A stretch of 64,000 nucleotides of DNA from a virus (lineage: Duplodnaviria; Heunggongvirae; Uroviricota; Caudoviricetes): IMG/VR virus record IMGVR_UViG_3300032038_000042. One strand, written 5' to 3'. A program made the translations under genes and the position numbers. Under the pieces are notes generated by a model. It had not been told where the DNA came from. It saw nothing but the letters and a program-made list of their open reading frames with translations, and made no database searches. Below, one piece after another: positions 56,591 through 64,000 of this stretch. Every line of letters starts with the position of its first letter. Position 1 is the stretch's first letter.

Positions 56591-57784
56591 TTACTCCTTC
56601 TCCAAGAAATCTTCCGGTAATCCAATCTCTTTTAATATTTCTTTATCTGTCCATGGATGAGACCAATCTACATGCGGAAGATAATCGTAAAAACTATTTA
56701 CTCCTGCTGATGTACTTACAGCCTCACAAAGCATTCCTAAAATGTAGTTGGTTAAACCTTTTCTTTCTTTACCGTAAAGTTCCTTGCAAGAATACCACCA
56801 TTTATTGAAGTTCTCTCTAGAGATTCTATCTTTAAATACAAAAAGATCACCACCGCGTCCTTTAAACCAACCCTCTTTTACTTTTTCATCAAAAACGTTG
56901 TTAAGGTTGTAACGAATATCGTGACTCTCGGTTGTATGGACTCCATTAGATGGAGTCCATATAGTTTTGAAAAAGCATTGAAAGTTTTTTACAAGCTCTG
57001 CAAGCCTTTTATCTGCAATACATTTTAGATTTACAGAAAGCTGTATTTGGAAGTTTGTATCCTTTAACTGCAAATCCCACTTTTTTGGGAAACAGTTACC
57101 ATCAACGACGTGAAAGTATGCATCATGTTGACTGTTGTAGTTTCTTATTGCAGAGAGTAACTCTGTCTGTTTTTTATTCAAAGAAATGTTTTCATAAGTG
57201 TACTTGTTTATTACATCAGAAACGATTCTAGTAATCGCTAGACGATCTATTGCAGCATCTGTAAAGCAGTTTTTTATATCTTGATATGTAGATACATGAG
57301 CAAGTATTTTAGAATCTTTGTAAGTATTTCTTGGAGAAAGATATATTATTTCTTTTGCTACTTTACTCTCGAGCATTTTGTTAACAATCTTTTTACTCAA
57401 ACTACTTGACTTTCCGTACGGTGGATTTGCTATGACCAAATCAAACATTCTTTTTTCTTCTCCTAGTTCCTGTGAAGCTTCCTGCATTTCCACTTCAACA
57501 AACTTCAAGAATTCTTCTTCACTCTCCCAATCATACTTTAGTGGAATAGCCTTAAAGAGATTTGCTGGTTTTGCAAACTCTAAAAAGTTGATCAAAGCTG
57601 GATAATCAAAAACAACGAATTGCGTATTCTTATACTTATCCAGGATAAGTTCAACAGTGCGAGCATCTCCAATTGTAAACAAACAAGCTGTTTTGGGTTC
57701 TTCTTTTATTTGTGAAGTGAAAAGATCCGCGTATTCATCTTTCGACTTTGGATCCTTTTTCATGTTTTCTAATGTCCAAGACAC
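56591..57784 (-). CDS. Amino-methyltransferase with an NPPY catalytic motif (probable N6-adenine DNA MTase)
   Basis: ...FDLVIANPPYGKSSS... (motif IV). Confidence 0.55.
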   Translation of the reverse strand: MSWTLENMKKDPKSKDEYADLFTSQIKEEPKTACLFTIGDARTVELILDKYKNTQFVVFDYPALINFLEFAKPANLFKAIPLKYDWESEEEFLKFVEVEMQEASQELGEEKRMFDLVIANPPYGKSSSLSKKIVNKMLESKVAKEIIYLSPRNTYKDSKILAHVSTYQDIKNCFTDAAIDRLAITRIVSDVINKYTYENISLNKKQTELLSAIRNYNSQHDAYFHVVDGNCFPKKWDLQLKDTNFQIQLSVNLKCIADKRLAELVKNFQCFFKTIWTPSNGVHTTESHDIRYNLNNVFDEKVKEGWFKGRGGDLFVFKDRISRENFNKWWYSCKELYGKERKGLTNYILGMLCEAVSTSAGVNSFYDYLPHVDWSHPWTDKEILKEIGLPEDFLEKE

Positions 57785-57871
57785 CTTTTTGTACCTCTTT
57801 ATACAACATATAATATAGGGTTGTTTTCAGTAAATTTTCAATTTCTTTTGAAAATTCTCAAAATCCTCTTT

Positions 57872-58663
57872 TTACTGTACATTTTCCAAATTCTCCAAAA
57901 TACAATCGCAAGCGTCAATCCAAGCATCGTAATCTTTATTTGAAAAGAAGCTGTCGATTTCAGATGGTCCAATTACATTTACCGGAAGTCTATAGTCAGC
58001 CTCGTTTTTTGAAAAAACAGTGTTTGTAAAAGTAAGCAAAATCTGACGAGGCCTTTTCAGGAACTTTTCTGCTTTATCTGGATTTTTATAAAGGTAAACA
58101 AGACCTTCAATTCCAAGTTTGTAAAAAGCCAAATAATCCAATTCACCTGAAAAGTTTTTTATCTGAATGTTTACATCAACTCCATCTTTTGATTGAGCAA
58201 AAGCATCAACAAAACGCTCATTTGAAGGATCAACCGGATCGTAAGTCGACTTATCAATATAACTTCCAAATTCTGTCAAAATGTACTCTGCAAGAATTTC
58301 TCCAACATTTCCTCGGAATTTGTTTGCAATTTTAGTTGCTTGCTCTTCTGTGCACTCTTTTTCCTTTTTAAGAGACTTGTAAAAAATATTCCAATACTTG
58401 TCACAATACTGAACCCACGCTTTGCAAAAACTTACCAAATCCTTGCTTGAGACTTTTATCTTGAAACCATCCCAAAAGCTCTTGTAATGTTGCAGGATGT
58501 AGCTTTCGAGGTTTTCGGTCTTAAAAATGTTTTGCATATTTCTATTCTGTTCCCAAGCGTAAAGTTTAGATTGTGTAATGGTCTTTAACTCTTTCATCCT
58601 TTTACCTACCTTTTTAGCACTGAATGTTTCTTTTTGCGAAAACCTTTGTAAGAAGGTTTGCAA
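57872..58663 (-). CDS. Hypothetical protein (263 aa)
   Basis: The ORF overlaps the helicase gene by 50 nt. Confidence 0.45.
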   Translation of the reverse strand: MQTFLQRFSQKETFSAKKVGKRMKELKTITQSKLYAWEQNRNMQNIFKTENLESYILQHYKSFWDGFKIKVSSKDLVSFCKAWVQYCDKYWNIFYKSLKKEKECTEEQATKIANKFRGNVGEILAEYILTEFGSYIDKSTYDPVDPSNERFVDAFAQSKDGVDVNIQIKNFSGELDYLAFYKLGIEGLVYLYKNPDKAEKFLKRPRQILLTFTNTVFSKNEADYRLPVNVIGPSEIDSFFSNKDYDAWIDACDCILENLENVQ

Positions 58664-60575
58664 TCTTCTTATTCTCTACAATGAGGTTTATAAAACCTGC
58701 TCTATCTTCATTGTAGTACCTGTTAAGGTTTTCGCTTACGCGATTTTTCTGAACTTGCTTGATGTAGTAAGTAATCATCTCCTTAAAAGATTGCTTGTTT
58801 GTTTTCTCCTCTTTTTCTACATCTTTTGATTCTTCCGTTTTTGTAGCAGCATCTTTTGTTGATTTTTCTTCATTCGAATCCTCTACATCTTCGGTAGCTT
58901 CTAATTCTTCTTTTTCTGAAGAAGATTTTGCTTTTTTATCGTCAATTTGTTTCTTAATTGAGGTTGCTGAAAAGCCTGCACTACAAGCATGAGACTTTGA
59001 ACTGTAGAAATCCCAGAGCTCCTGCAAATCAGTTAACTCTTCTTCTGAAAGATCAACTTTGTCGAAGTTTTTGAAAACTTTGTTATTGTTGAATTCCATC
59101 TTAAAGAGAGTTTCAATATCAATTTGGGCTTCTATTGCGTGTGTTTTCTTAAATTCTGGTGGTTCGTCACTGTTTACAGCTCCACTAGACTCGTAAATGT
59201 CTCCAAGCTTCAACCAACTTGTCCATGGTGTTTCGTCTCCGAGGCTGTACTCCTGCAAAGCAAGCATCAAAGATGCAATTTCGTAAGCATTATCGACTCC
59301 AACATAAACTTGAGCAAGATCATTTTGGTTTTTGTTTACAGGGTAGTTGGAATTTCTCAAAACGCGACCGATTTGCTGAACCTGTTTTTGTCCGGAATGT
59401 GTCGAAATGTAAACCGCAGAAAAGCTTTTTACATTTACACCTTCAGATATTGTATCAACCTGAAATACAACTAAGGGTTTATCCAAAAAGTCTTTTGCTA
59501 CAAAAACTCGTTTTTTATCCTCTATCTCAAAATCCAAATCGTTGTTATCCAAAGCATCAAGCATACTAAGGATTGTACTCTTTTCAACTTCTTTTCCGTT
59601 AATTGTAGATGTTGCATCTACAAACCTGTTCTTTTCGTTACCTTGCTTGTAACTATGAATTGCAAAAACGTGCACTCCTTCGATTTTGTTTTTGATATCT
59701 GTAATTGGGTCAATTCCATTACTGCAAATCAAAATTCGAGGATACTTTCCTTCATACTGCTCAAAACGTTTTATTTCGTTTTTGATAATCATTTCAACTT
59801 CAGATTTGAAAAGCTGAATTTCTTTTGTAGCTAAATCTGGTTCTTTATCGTAAACAAGGTTCAAAGTAGGTTTACAAATCCAGTTATTTGCACCTGCAGT
59901 TGCAACCGAGCAGAGAGCCTTATTTGTAGTTTTCTTAAAAATGTCGAACTGATACTGTGCAGGAGTACCACTCATGAAAAGCGAAATCTTAAAAAGTTTT
60001 GAGAATTTGTCGATTTCACTCTTGAGTGCATCTCCGTTACCTTTGTAATTATGGGCTTCGTCGTAAGCTATAACTCCAATTGAACGTCCAAGTTTCTTTT
60101 CATTTTCAAGGAATTTCTTGAAACGGTTGAATCTGATTTTAGCTTCAACTTTTTTACCGCCCCAAATAGATGCATCACAAGCTACAACAAAAACGTGCTT
60201 ATTTTCAGGTGAAAGAGGATTCAAGTTTCCGTCTTTTACCGAAAGGTGCTCAAAACTCTCGTTACAATTACTAGAATTGAGAAGAACAAAATTACCTTCA
60301 ATACCTGCAGTTGTAATGTATTCTTTCATTTCTGAAAGTTGCTGGTCACAAAGACTCAATCTTGGACAAATAAATACCTGTACTGATTTTTCTGGGTTGA
60401 ACTTTTCAATAAACGAAATCATTGCTTCAAAAGCGACATTTGTTTTACCAGAACCTACACAAGCGTTAATAGCAAAAAGTTTCTGATCTTCTTCAAGAGC
60501 TCTATCAATTGCTTCTTTAGCTTCCCACTGCCACGTACGCTCTTTCAACCTAGTTATTTGCTCACTTCTTAGCAT
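58614..60575 (-). CDS. Superfamily-2 DEAH-box helicase
   Basis: Walker A ...CVGSGKTNVA..., DEAH box ...IAYDEAHNY..., motif III ...FMSGTPA..., motif VI ...QQIGRVLR... Confidence 0.7.
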   Translation of the reverse strand: MLRSEQITRLKERTWQWEAKEAIDRALEEDQKLFAINACVGSGKTNVAFEAMISFIEKFNPEKSVQVFICPRLSLCDQQLSEMKEYITTAGIEGNFVLLNSSNCNESFEHLSVKDGNLNPLSPENKHVFVVACDASIWGGKKVEAKIRFNRFKKFLENEKKLGRSIGVIAYDEAHNYKGNGDALKSEIDKFSKLFKISLFMSGTPAQYQFDIFKKTTNKALCSVATAGANNWICKPTLNLVYDKEPDLATKEIQLFKSEVEMIIKNEIKRFEQYEGKYPRILICSNGIDPITDIKNKIEGVHVFAIHSYKQGNEKNRFVDATSTINGKEVEKSTILSMLDALDNNDLDFEIEDKKRVFVAKDFLDKPLVVFQVDTISEGVNVKSFSAVYISTHSGQKQVQQIGRVLRNSNYPVNKNQNDLAQVYVGVDNAYEIASLMLALQEYSLGDETPWTSWLKLGDIYESSGAVNSDEPPEFKKTHAIEAQIDIETLFKMEFNNNKVFKNFDKVDLSEEELTDLQELWDFYSSKSHACSAGFSATSIKKQIDDKKAKSSSEKEELEATEDVEDSNEEKSTKDAATKTEESKDVEKEEKTNKQSFKEMITYYIKQVQKNRVSENLNRYYNEDRAGFINLIVENKKIANLLTKVFAKRNIQC

Positions 60576-60744
60576 TTTATGTACCTTCTTAGTTTTAAGT
60601 CGTGTAGTAATAAAACTTTAGCAAAAAATATAGTTTACGACCTTTAAAAATATTCAAAAATTTAAGTGCTATTTAAAAAATACCTTTTATAGGAACTTTT
60701 ATTCAAAATAAAACCTATATTATAAGCACGAGGTAACGAAAAAA

Positions 60745-61065
60745 ATGACATTACTTGATCATCAGTTTCTTTTAAGTCTTCCAAAACGGAGAGGTTTTAC
60801 AAAGTGTACAATAAATAACAATGTATACGCAAATATCTACACACTTGGAATTCCGAACAGAGCTTCTAAGTCAGGTTATTCATATTTCTGCGGAACAGAT
60901 AAAGGTAATCCGTGGAAAGGAAGAGAGAATGCGATAGACGAGATTTACCACGATTTGAAGGATTACGTCGATCGCAGAATTGGTACAGAATTTGAAAAAA
61001 ATGTAAAGGATTTAATTCCTTACGTAAAGCGTTTTGAAAGAGCATTTCCAGGAGTATTGAAGTGA
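60745..61065 (+). CDS. Hypothetical protein (106 aa) preceding rtcB
   Basis: ORF with an ATGA overlap into rtcB. Confidence 0.45.
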   Translation: MTLLDHQFLLSLPKRRGFTKCTINNNVYANIYTLGIPNRASKSGYSYFCGTDKGNPWKGRENAIDEIYHDLKDYVDRRIGTEFEKNVKDLIPYVKRFERAFPGVLK

Positions 61066-62291
61066 TTGAAATTACAGGAAAGTATAATACAGCAAAAGTT
61101 TTGGTTTCTGATTGGACAAAGTTGGAAGAAGCTTGTCACAAGCAGATTTTGAATTTGCTTAACCAGAAGTTTGCAGAAGGATCAAAGATTGCTATCATGC
61201 CCGATTGTCACAGCGGAGCTGGCTGCGTAATTGGTTTTACTCAGACTATTGTTGACAGAGTCGTTCCAAATCTTGTCGGAGTTGATATTGGATGCGGAAT
61301 GCTTGTTTTGAAAATCGACAAAAAGTATGGCAAAGAACTCTTTAACAAACCAAATCTTGAAAAGCTTGACAAAGTAATCCGTCAGCATATTCCAATGGGA
61401 ATGAATCACAGAAATAAAAAACATGCTTTTTGTGATAAAGTTCACATTAATGAAATTAAGGCTCCAATTAACGCAGAAAAGCTTATGTTGAGTATTGGAA
61501 CAATAGGTGGTGGAAATCACTTTATCGAAGTTGATAAGGACAGCAATGGAGATTATTACATCGTAATTCACTCCGGATCTCGTCACCTCGGAATTGAAGT
61601 CTGTAAATACTATCAGAATTTGGCTATCAAATATCACTCTTCAAATACAAAAGAAAGAGATGAATTGGTTGCAAAATTGAAAGCTGAAGGAAGAGAAAAA
61701 GACATTCAAGCTGAACTTGCAAAGATCAAAAAGGAACCAATTCCAAACGAACTTGCATATTTGGAAGGAAACGATCTTAAAGATTATCTTCACGATATGA
61801 AACTTGCTCAGGAGTATGCAATTTGGAATCGCGAAGCAATGCTTGATGAAATTATGGAACACATGGGAATCAAAAAGAAGATGATTCTTGATAAGTTCTG
61901 TACAATTCACAACTACATCGATGTTGAAAACAGAATTCTTCGTAAGGGATCAATTTCTCTTCAGAAAGATGAAACAGCTATTATTCCAATAAATATGAGC
62001 TACGGCAGCTTGATTGTAAAGGGAAAAGGAAACGCAGAATACAACTTTTCAGGTCCTCACGGAGCAGGAAGGTTAATGTCGCGTTCAGCAGCAAAAGAAT
62101 CTCTTAAAATGGAGGATTTCAAAGCTTCTATGAAAGATGTTTTTACAACTTCAGTTTCAACTGCAACAATTGACGAAGCCCCAATGGCTTACAAACCTGC
62201 TGAAGATATTTTGGAAAACATTAAAGATCTTTGCGATGTAGTAGAAGTTATTAAACCAATCTACAACGTAAAAGCAGGTGACGAGGAATAA
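61062..62291 (+). CDS. rtcB: RNA 3'-phosphate ligase RtcB
   Basis: ...MPDCHSGAGCVIGF..., ...IGGGNHFIEV..., ...CTIHNYID... and ...GPHGAGR... are the RtcB metal-binding and guanylylation motifs. 409 aa. Confidence 0.8.
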   Translation: MIEITGKYNTAKVLVSDWTKLEEACHKQILNLLNQKFAEGSKIAIMPDCHSGAGCVIGFTQTIVDRVVPNLVGVDIGCGMLVLKIDKKYGKELFNKPNLEKLDKVIRQHIPMGMNHRNKKHAFCDKVHINEIKAPINAEKLMLSIGTIGGGNHFIEVDKDSNGDYYIVIHSGSRHLGIEVCKYYQNLAIKYHSSNTKERDELVAKLKAEGREKDIQAELAKIKKEPIPNELAYLEGNDLKDYLHDMKLAQEYAIWNREAMLDEIMEHMGIKKKMILDKFCTIHNYIDVENRILRKGSISLQKDETAIIPINMSYGSLIVKGKGNAEYNFSGPHGAGRLMSRSAAKESLKMEDFKASMKDVFTTSVSTATIDEAPMAYKPAEDILENIKDLCDVVEVIKPIYNVKAGDEE

Positions 62292-62309
62292 AGTTTTTCT
62301 AAAACTTTT

Positions 62310-62370
62310 TTAGTCAAGATCGACTATATTCATTCTTGAACAGTTGAAAAAATTAGTCGATCTTGACTAA
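62310..62370. repeat. Perfect 17-bp inverted repeat (TTAGTCAAGATCGACTA ... TAGTCGATCTTGACTAA) with a 27-nt spacer
   Basis: Read directly: 62310-62326 is the reverse complement of 62354-62370. It could be the rtcB terminator or a protein-binding/recombination site. Confidence 0.6.
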
Positions 62371-62384
62371 CTAAAAATTAGCAC

Positions 62385-62409
62385 TGCATAGGATGTTCCT
62401 ATTTTTATT
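62385..62409. repeat. Copy 1 of the 25-bp direct repeat TGCATAGG(A/T)TGTTCCTATTTTTATT (internal palindrome ATAGGA..TCCTAT)
   Basis: 24/25 identical to 63755-63779. The two copies bracket the non-coding RNA cassette. Confidence 0.6.
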
Positions 62410-62427
62410 TTTTTACAAAAAAAGTTA

Positions 62428-62449
62428 GATCGCTCTTCGGAAGAGCGAT
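62428..62449. promoter_or_regulatory. GC-rich palindrome ATCGCTCTTCGGAAGAGCGAT abutting the -35 element (operator-like or attenuator hairpin)
   Basis: Near-perfect 21-bp palindrome ending exactly where TTGAAA begins. Confidence 0.4.
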
Positions 62450-62477
62450 TGAAATACATCTCGCAGTTTAATATATA
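62449..62477 (+). promoter_or_regulatory. Sigma70-type promoter TTGAAA - 17 nt - TATATA driving the tRNA/tmRNA cassette
   Basis: -35 at 62449-62454 and -10 at 62472-62477 with a 17-nt spacer. Predicted start near 62485. Confidence 0.5.
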
Positions 62478-62697
62478 TATGCTAAAATGAGGTGAAATAA
62501 ATTCACAAGCAAGAGCTGCTCCTCATTGCTGAAGGCTCTTATAAAAATTGTGTGAATGTGTATGACAGTTTCTAGATCTTGTCACGTGACTTAAGGGGCT
62601 AAGGCCCTTCAGTGAAGTAAGAGTCTTCCGAGTTATAGGATTAGAAATTGTAACGAAACAGCACCCTTTTGACAGAGGTTGTGATAGGACGTTTTTT

Positions 62698-62770
62698 GGC
62701 CCTATTCGTTAACTGGATAAACGACCAGACTTCTAATCTGATAATCCCCGTTCGAGTCGGGGTAGGGTCA
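62698..62770 (+). tRNA. tRNA-Arg (anticodon TCT)
   Basis: Hand-folded cloverleaf. Acceptor GGCCCTA/TAGGGTC (7 bp, one G-U). D-arm CGTT-aactggata-AACG with G18G19. Anticodon arm CAGA-cTTCTAa-TCTG with U33 and A37. 4-nt variable loop. T-arm CCCCG-TTCGAGT-CGGGG. Discriminator A, no encoded CCA. Confidence 0.6.
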
Positions 62771-62902
62771 ATTTACCCATTGTGGATGGAAACGGTTTTA
62801 TGGTAGTTAGGTATAACAAAGGTCTTAAAACCTAGTTCTACAAGTGACTTGCGAAAGACAATCTAACAGTCAGCTACTTTTGCAAGTTGCGAAACTTTCT
62901 AC

Positions 62903-63280
62903 GGGGGTGAAAGGATTCGACTTGCAGGTAAGTAACAAAATTATCAGGTACATAAGTTATTGCACTTTAAAAGCAAACGTAACAAACGACGAAGAACAGT
63001 TTGAAGACATGAGAATGGCTGCTTAACCGCAACCTTCAAATGTTCCTAGTCCAAAGAGATTAGGTGCTTTGCGGAGAGGTTCCTATAGTATCCAAAAAAG
63101 TATCGCTACAATAGGATAAGGATTAGTAGAGAGGAGTCTGAAACCTGTAACTGATCACGAAAACAAACTGGTGGTAGAATCCGGTAGTCATTCCGAACAG
63201 AAAACTGACTTAAACCTGTATAGAAGTAGTTTTGTAAAAACCTGTTACAAGGACCCGGCTATCATATGCCGGCATCTCCA
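62903..63280 (+). ncRNA. ssrA: tmRNA (ssrA); predicted tag peptide ANVTNDEEQFEDMRMAA
   Basis: 5' end GGGGGTGAAAGGATTCGACTTGCAGG matches the tmRNA consensus (E. coli GGGGCUGAUUCUGGAUUCGACGGG). An A-rich stretch precedes the resume codon GCA at 62973, and the frame ends GCT GCT TAA at 63026. The 3' end has GGAC + T-arm CCGGC/GCCGG + acceptor CATCTCC pairing with GGGGGTG (two G-U) + A. The T-loop appears 8 nt long, which is atypical. Confidence 0.6.
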
Positions 63281-63745
63281 TTAAGGTATTTGTTTCCAAG
63301 TTTTTTGAAGCTTCCTTATAACTTCGGTTTGAAACATTAATGAAACTTGGTGGTGGATGAATGGTTGCCAAATCGGTGACATTCCCTAATACCTTTTAGC
63401 CTCAAAAGCTATTAGGTGTTTTAAGCTTTTGCTTCGAGTAAAGAACGCTAGAGTGAGTGACCGTAGCTACATAGTAGGATGAGTTACTTCAGAAAAAGAG
63501 AGTGGTGCGTATCTGAAAGCTCTCGTTTAGGTGTTATGTACAAGCACCTGTATAAGTATGATGTAGCAAGAGTGTTCCTCGCGGAGCTTTAAAAAGGGTA
63601 AATTGCTAGCTATACCTGGATTGGGGTTTGAGTAGTCTGTAAGCAACTTTACTGAACTGCAGAAAACAATTCTGAATAACCTTAAAGGTGGTATTGAAAG
63701 AGGAACGAAGCGTCCGAAAGGAAAGAGTAGGGATCTTTTTTTTGA
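63281..63745 (+). ncRNA. Unassigned GC-enriched non-coding RNA segment downstream of tmRNA, ending at an intrinsic terminator
   Basis: About 465 nt with no ORF of protein-like composition, visibly higher GC than the genome, and many local stems (e.g. TCCGAAAGGA). It ends with ...GTAGGGATCTTTTTTTTG at 63730-63745. No match to RNase P, SRP, 6S or tRNA consensus could be made by eye. Confidence 0.3.
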
Positions 63746-63754
63746 AAATTAAAT

Positions 63755-63779
63755 TGCATAGGTTGTTCCTATTTTTATT
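63755..63779. repeat. Copy 2 of the 25-bp direct repeat TGCATAGGTTGTTCCTATTTTTATT
   Basis: See copy 1. It lies immediately after the cassette terminator and upstream of the next + gene. Confidence 0.6.
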
Positions 63780-64000
63780 CTTAAGCAAAGATTTATACAA
63801 TCCGCAATTTTTTCTATATAAGATATGAAAATTAAATTCAGAAACTTTTGGATTTGGTTTAAGGATCAAATTATGTGAAGGAATTAACTTAACACCGTGC
63901 GGAAAAATAAAACTGTAAAGAAAGCAAAGAAACAAACTGCTGCAGCAAAAATGAAAGAAGAGTTTCGCTTGACACCTGAATGGTGGGCAATGCGAAAAGA

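Noticed and set aside
62385-62409. Reading the 25-bp repeat as a simple sigma70 promoter (CTGCAT/TTGCAT as -35)
   Set aside because: No acceptable -10 hexamer lies at a 16-18 nt spacing. A better TTGAAA-N17-TATATA promoter lies 40 nt downstream.
62828-62860. Possible second tRNA (anticodon-arm-like AGGT-CTTAAA-ACCT, Leu-TAA) between tRNA-Arg and tmRNA
   Set aside because: The loop is only 6 nt, and no convincing acceptor or T-arm could be built around it by hand.
62844-63026. 60-aa ORF in the non-coding cassette
   Set aside because: It is the tmRNA tag reading frame extended upstream through the tRNA-like 5' domain. Only the last 17 codons, from GCA at 62973, are meaningful as the tag.
63281-63745. 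RNase P RNA, SRP RNA, 6S RNA or group I intron identity for the trailer RNA
   Set aside because: None of the universally conserved strings (e.g. the GGAAAGUCC P4 strand, the SRP GGAA/AGCAGCC domain IV, or group I P7) could be found by eye. It is left unassigned rather than mis-called.
63606-63935. 109-aa minus-strand ORF
   Set aside because: It spans the cassette terminator and the 25-bp repeat. The translation is Lys/Asn/Phe-rich low complexity with no RBS, so it is more likely part of the unexplained RNA region.
1-64000. Integrase, transposase, IS element or CRISPR-Cas components
   Set aside because: No ORF carries recombinase (R..H..R..Y, or serine S..R), DDE or Cas signatures, and no repeat-spacer array is present. 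The absence holds only within this window.

Overview
This 64-kb window is AT-rich (about one third GC by eye) and densely coding. It reads as part of a large tailed dsDNA phage or prophage rather than ordinary chromosome. Phage hallmarks are a T4-gp17-like terminase ATPase fragment, a 1574-aa beta-helix tail-fibre/depolymerase-like protein, phage-style nucleotide-salvage genes (thymidine kinase, dUTPase, dCMP deaminase), RtcB, an SF2 helicase, DNA methyltransferases, and many small ORFs of unknown function, several in paralogous sets. Expression signals are Shine-Dalgarno-led (AAGGAG/GGAGG), with sigma70-like -35/-10 promoters and many hairpin-plus-T-run terminators, which points to a Firmicutes-like host rather than a Bacteroidetes-like one. 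The features that stand out are these. (i) A phage-borne NAD+ salvage operon (PncB, Nudix, PncA, NadE). (ii) A four-member protein family sharing an almost invariant N-terminus MKSIRxxTFETNSSSxHS on divergent C-terminal bodies. (iii) A type IB topoisomerase with a eukaryote-like coiled-coil linker between the catalytic His and Tyr. (iv) A terminase-like ATPase that ends in a truncated Hint/intein-like segment. (v) A non-coding cassette after RtcB containing a sigma70 promoter, a tRNA-Arg(TCT), a tmRNA (5' GGGGGUGAAAGGAUUCGAC, tag ending ...MAA) and about 460 nt of unexplained GC-enriched RNA, flanked by 25-bp direct repeats. (vi) A leftward accessory operon (50.6-58.7 kb) with a split gamma-class MTase, an HExxH protein and two pairs of paralogs. 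No CRISPR array, rRNA, integrase or transposase was recognised.
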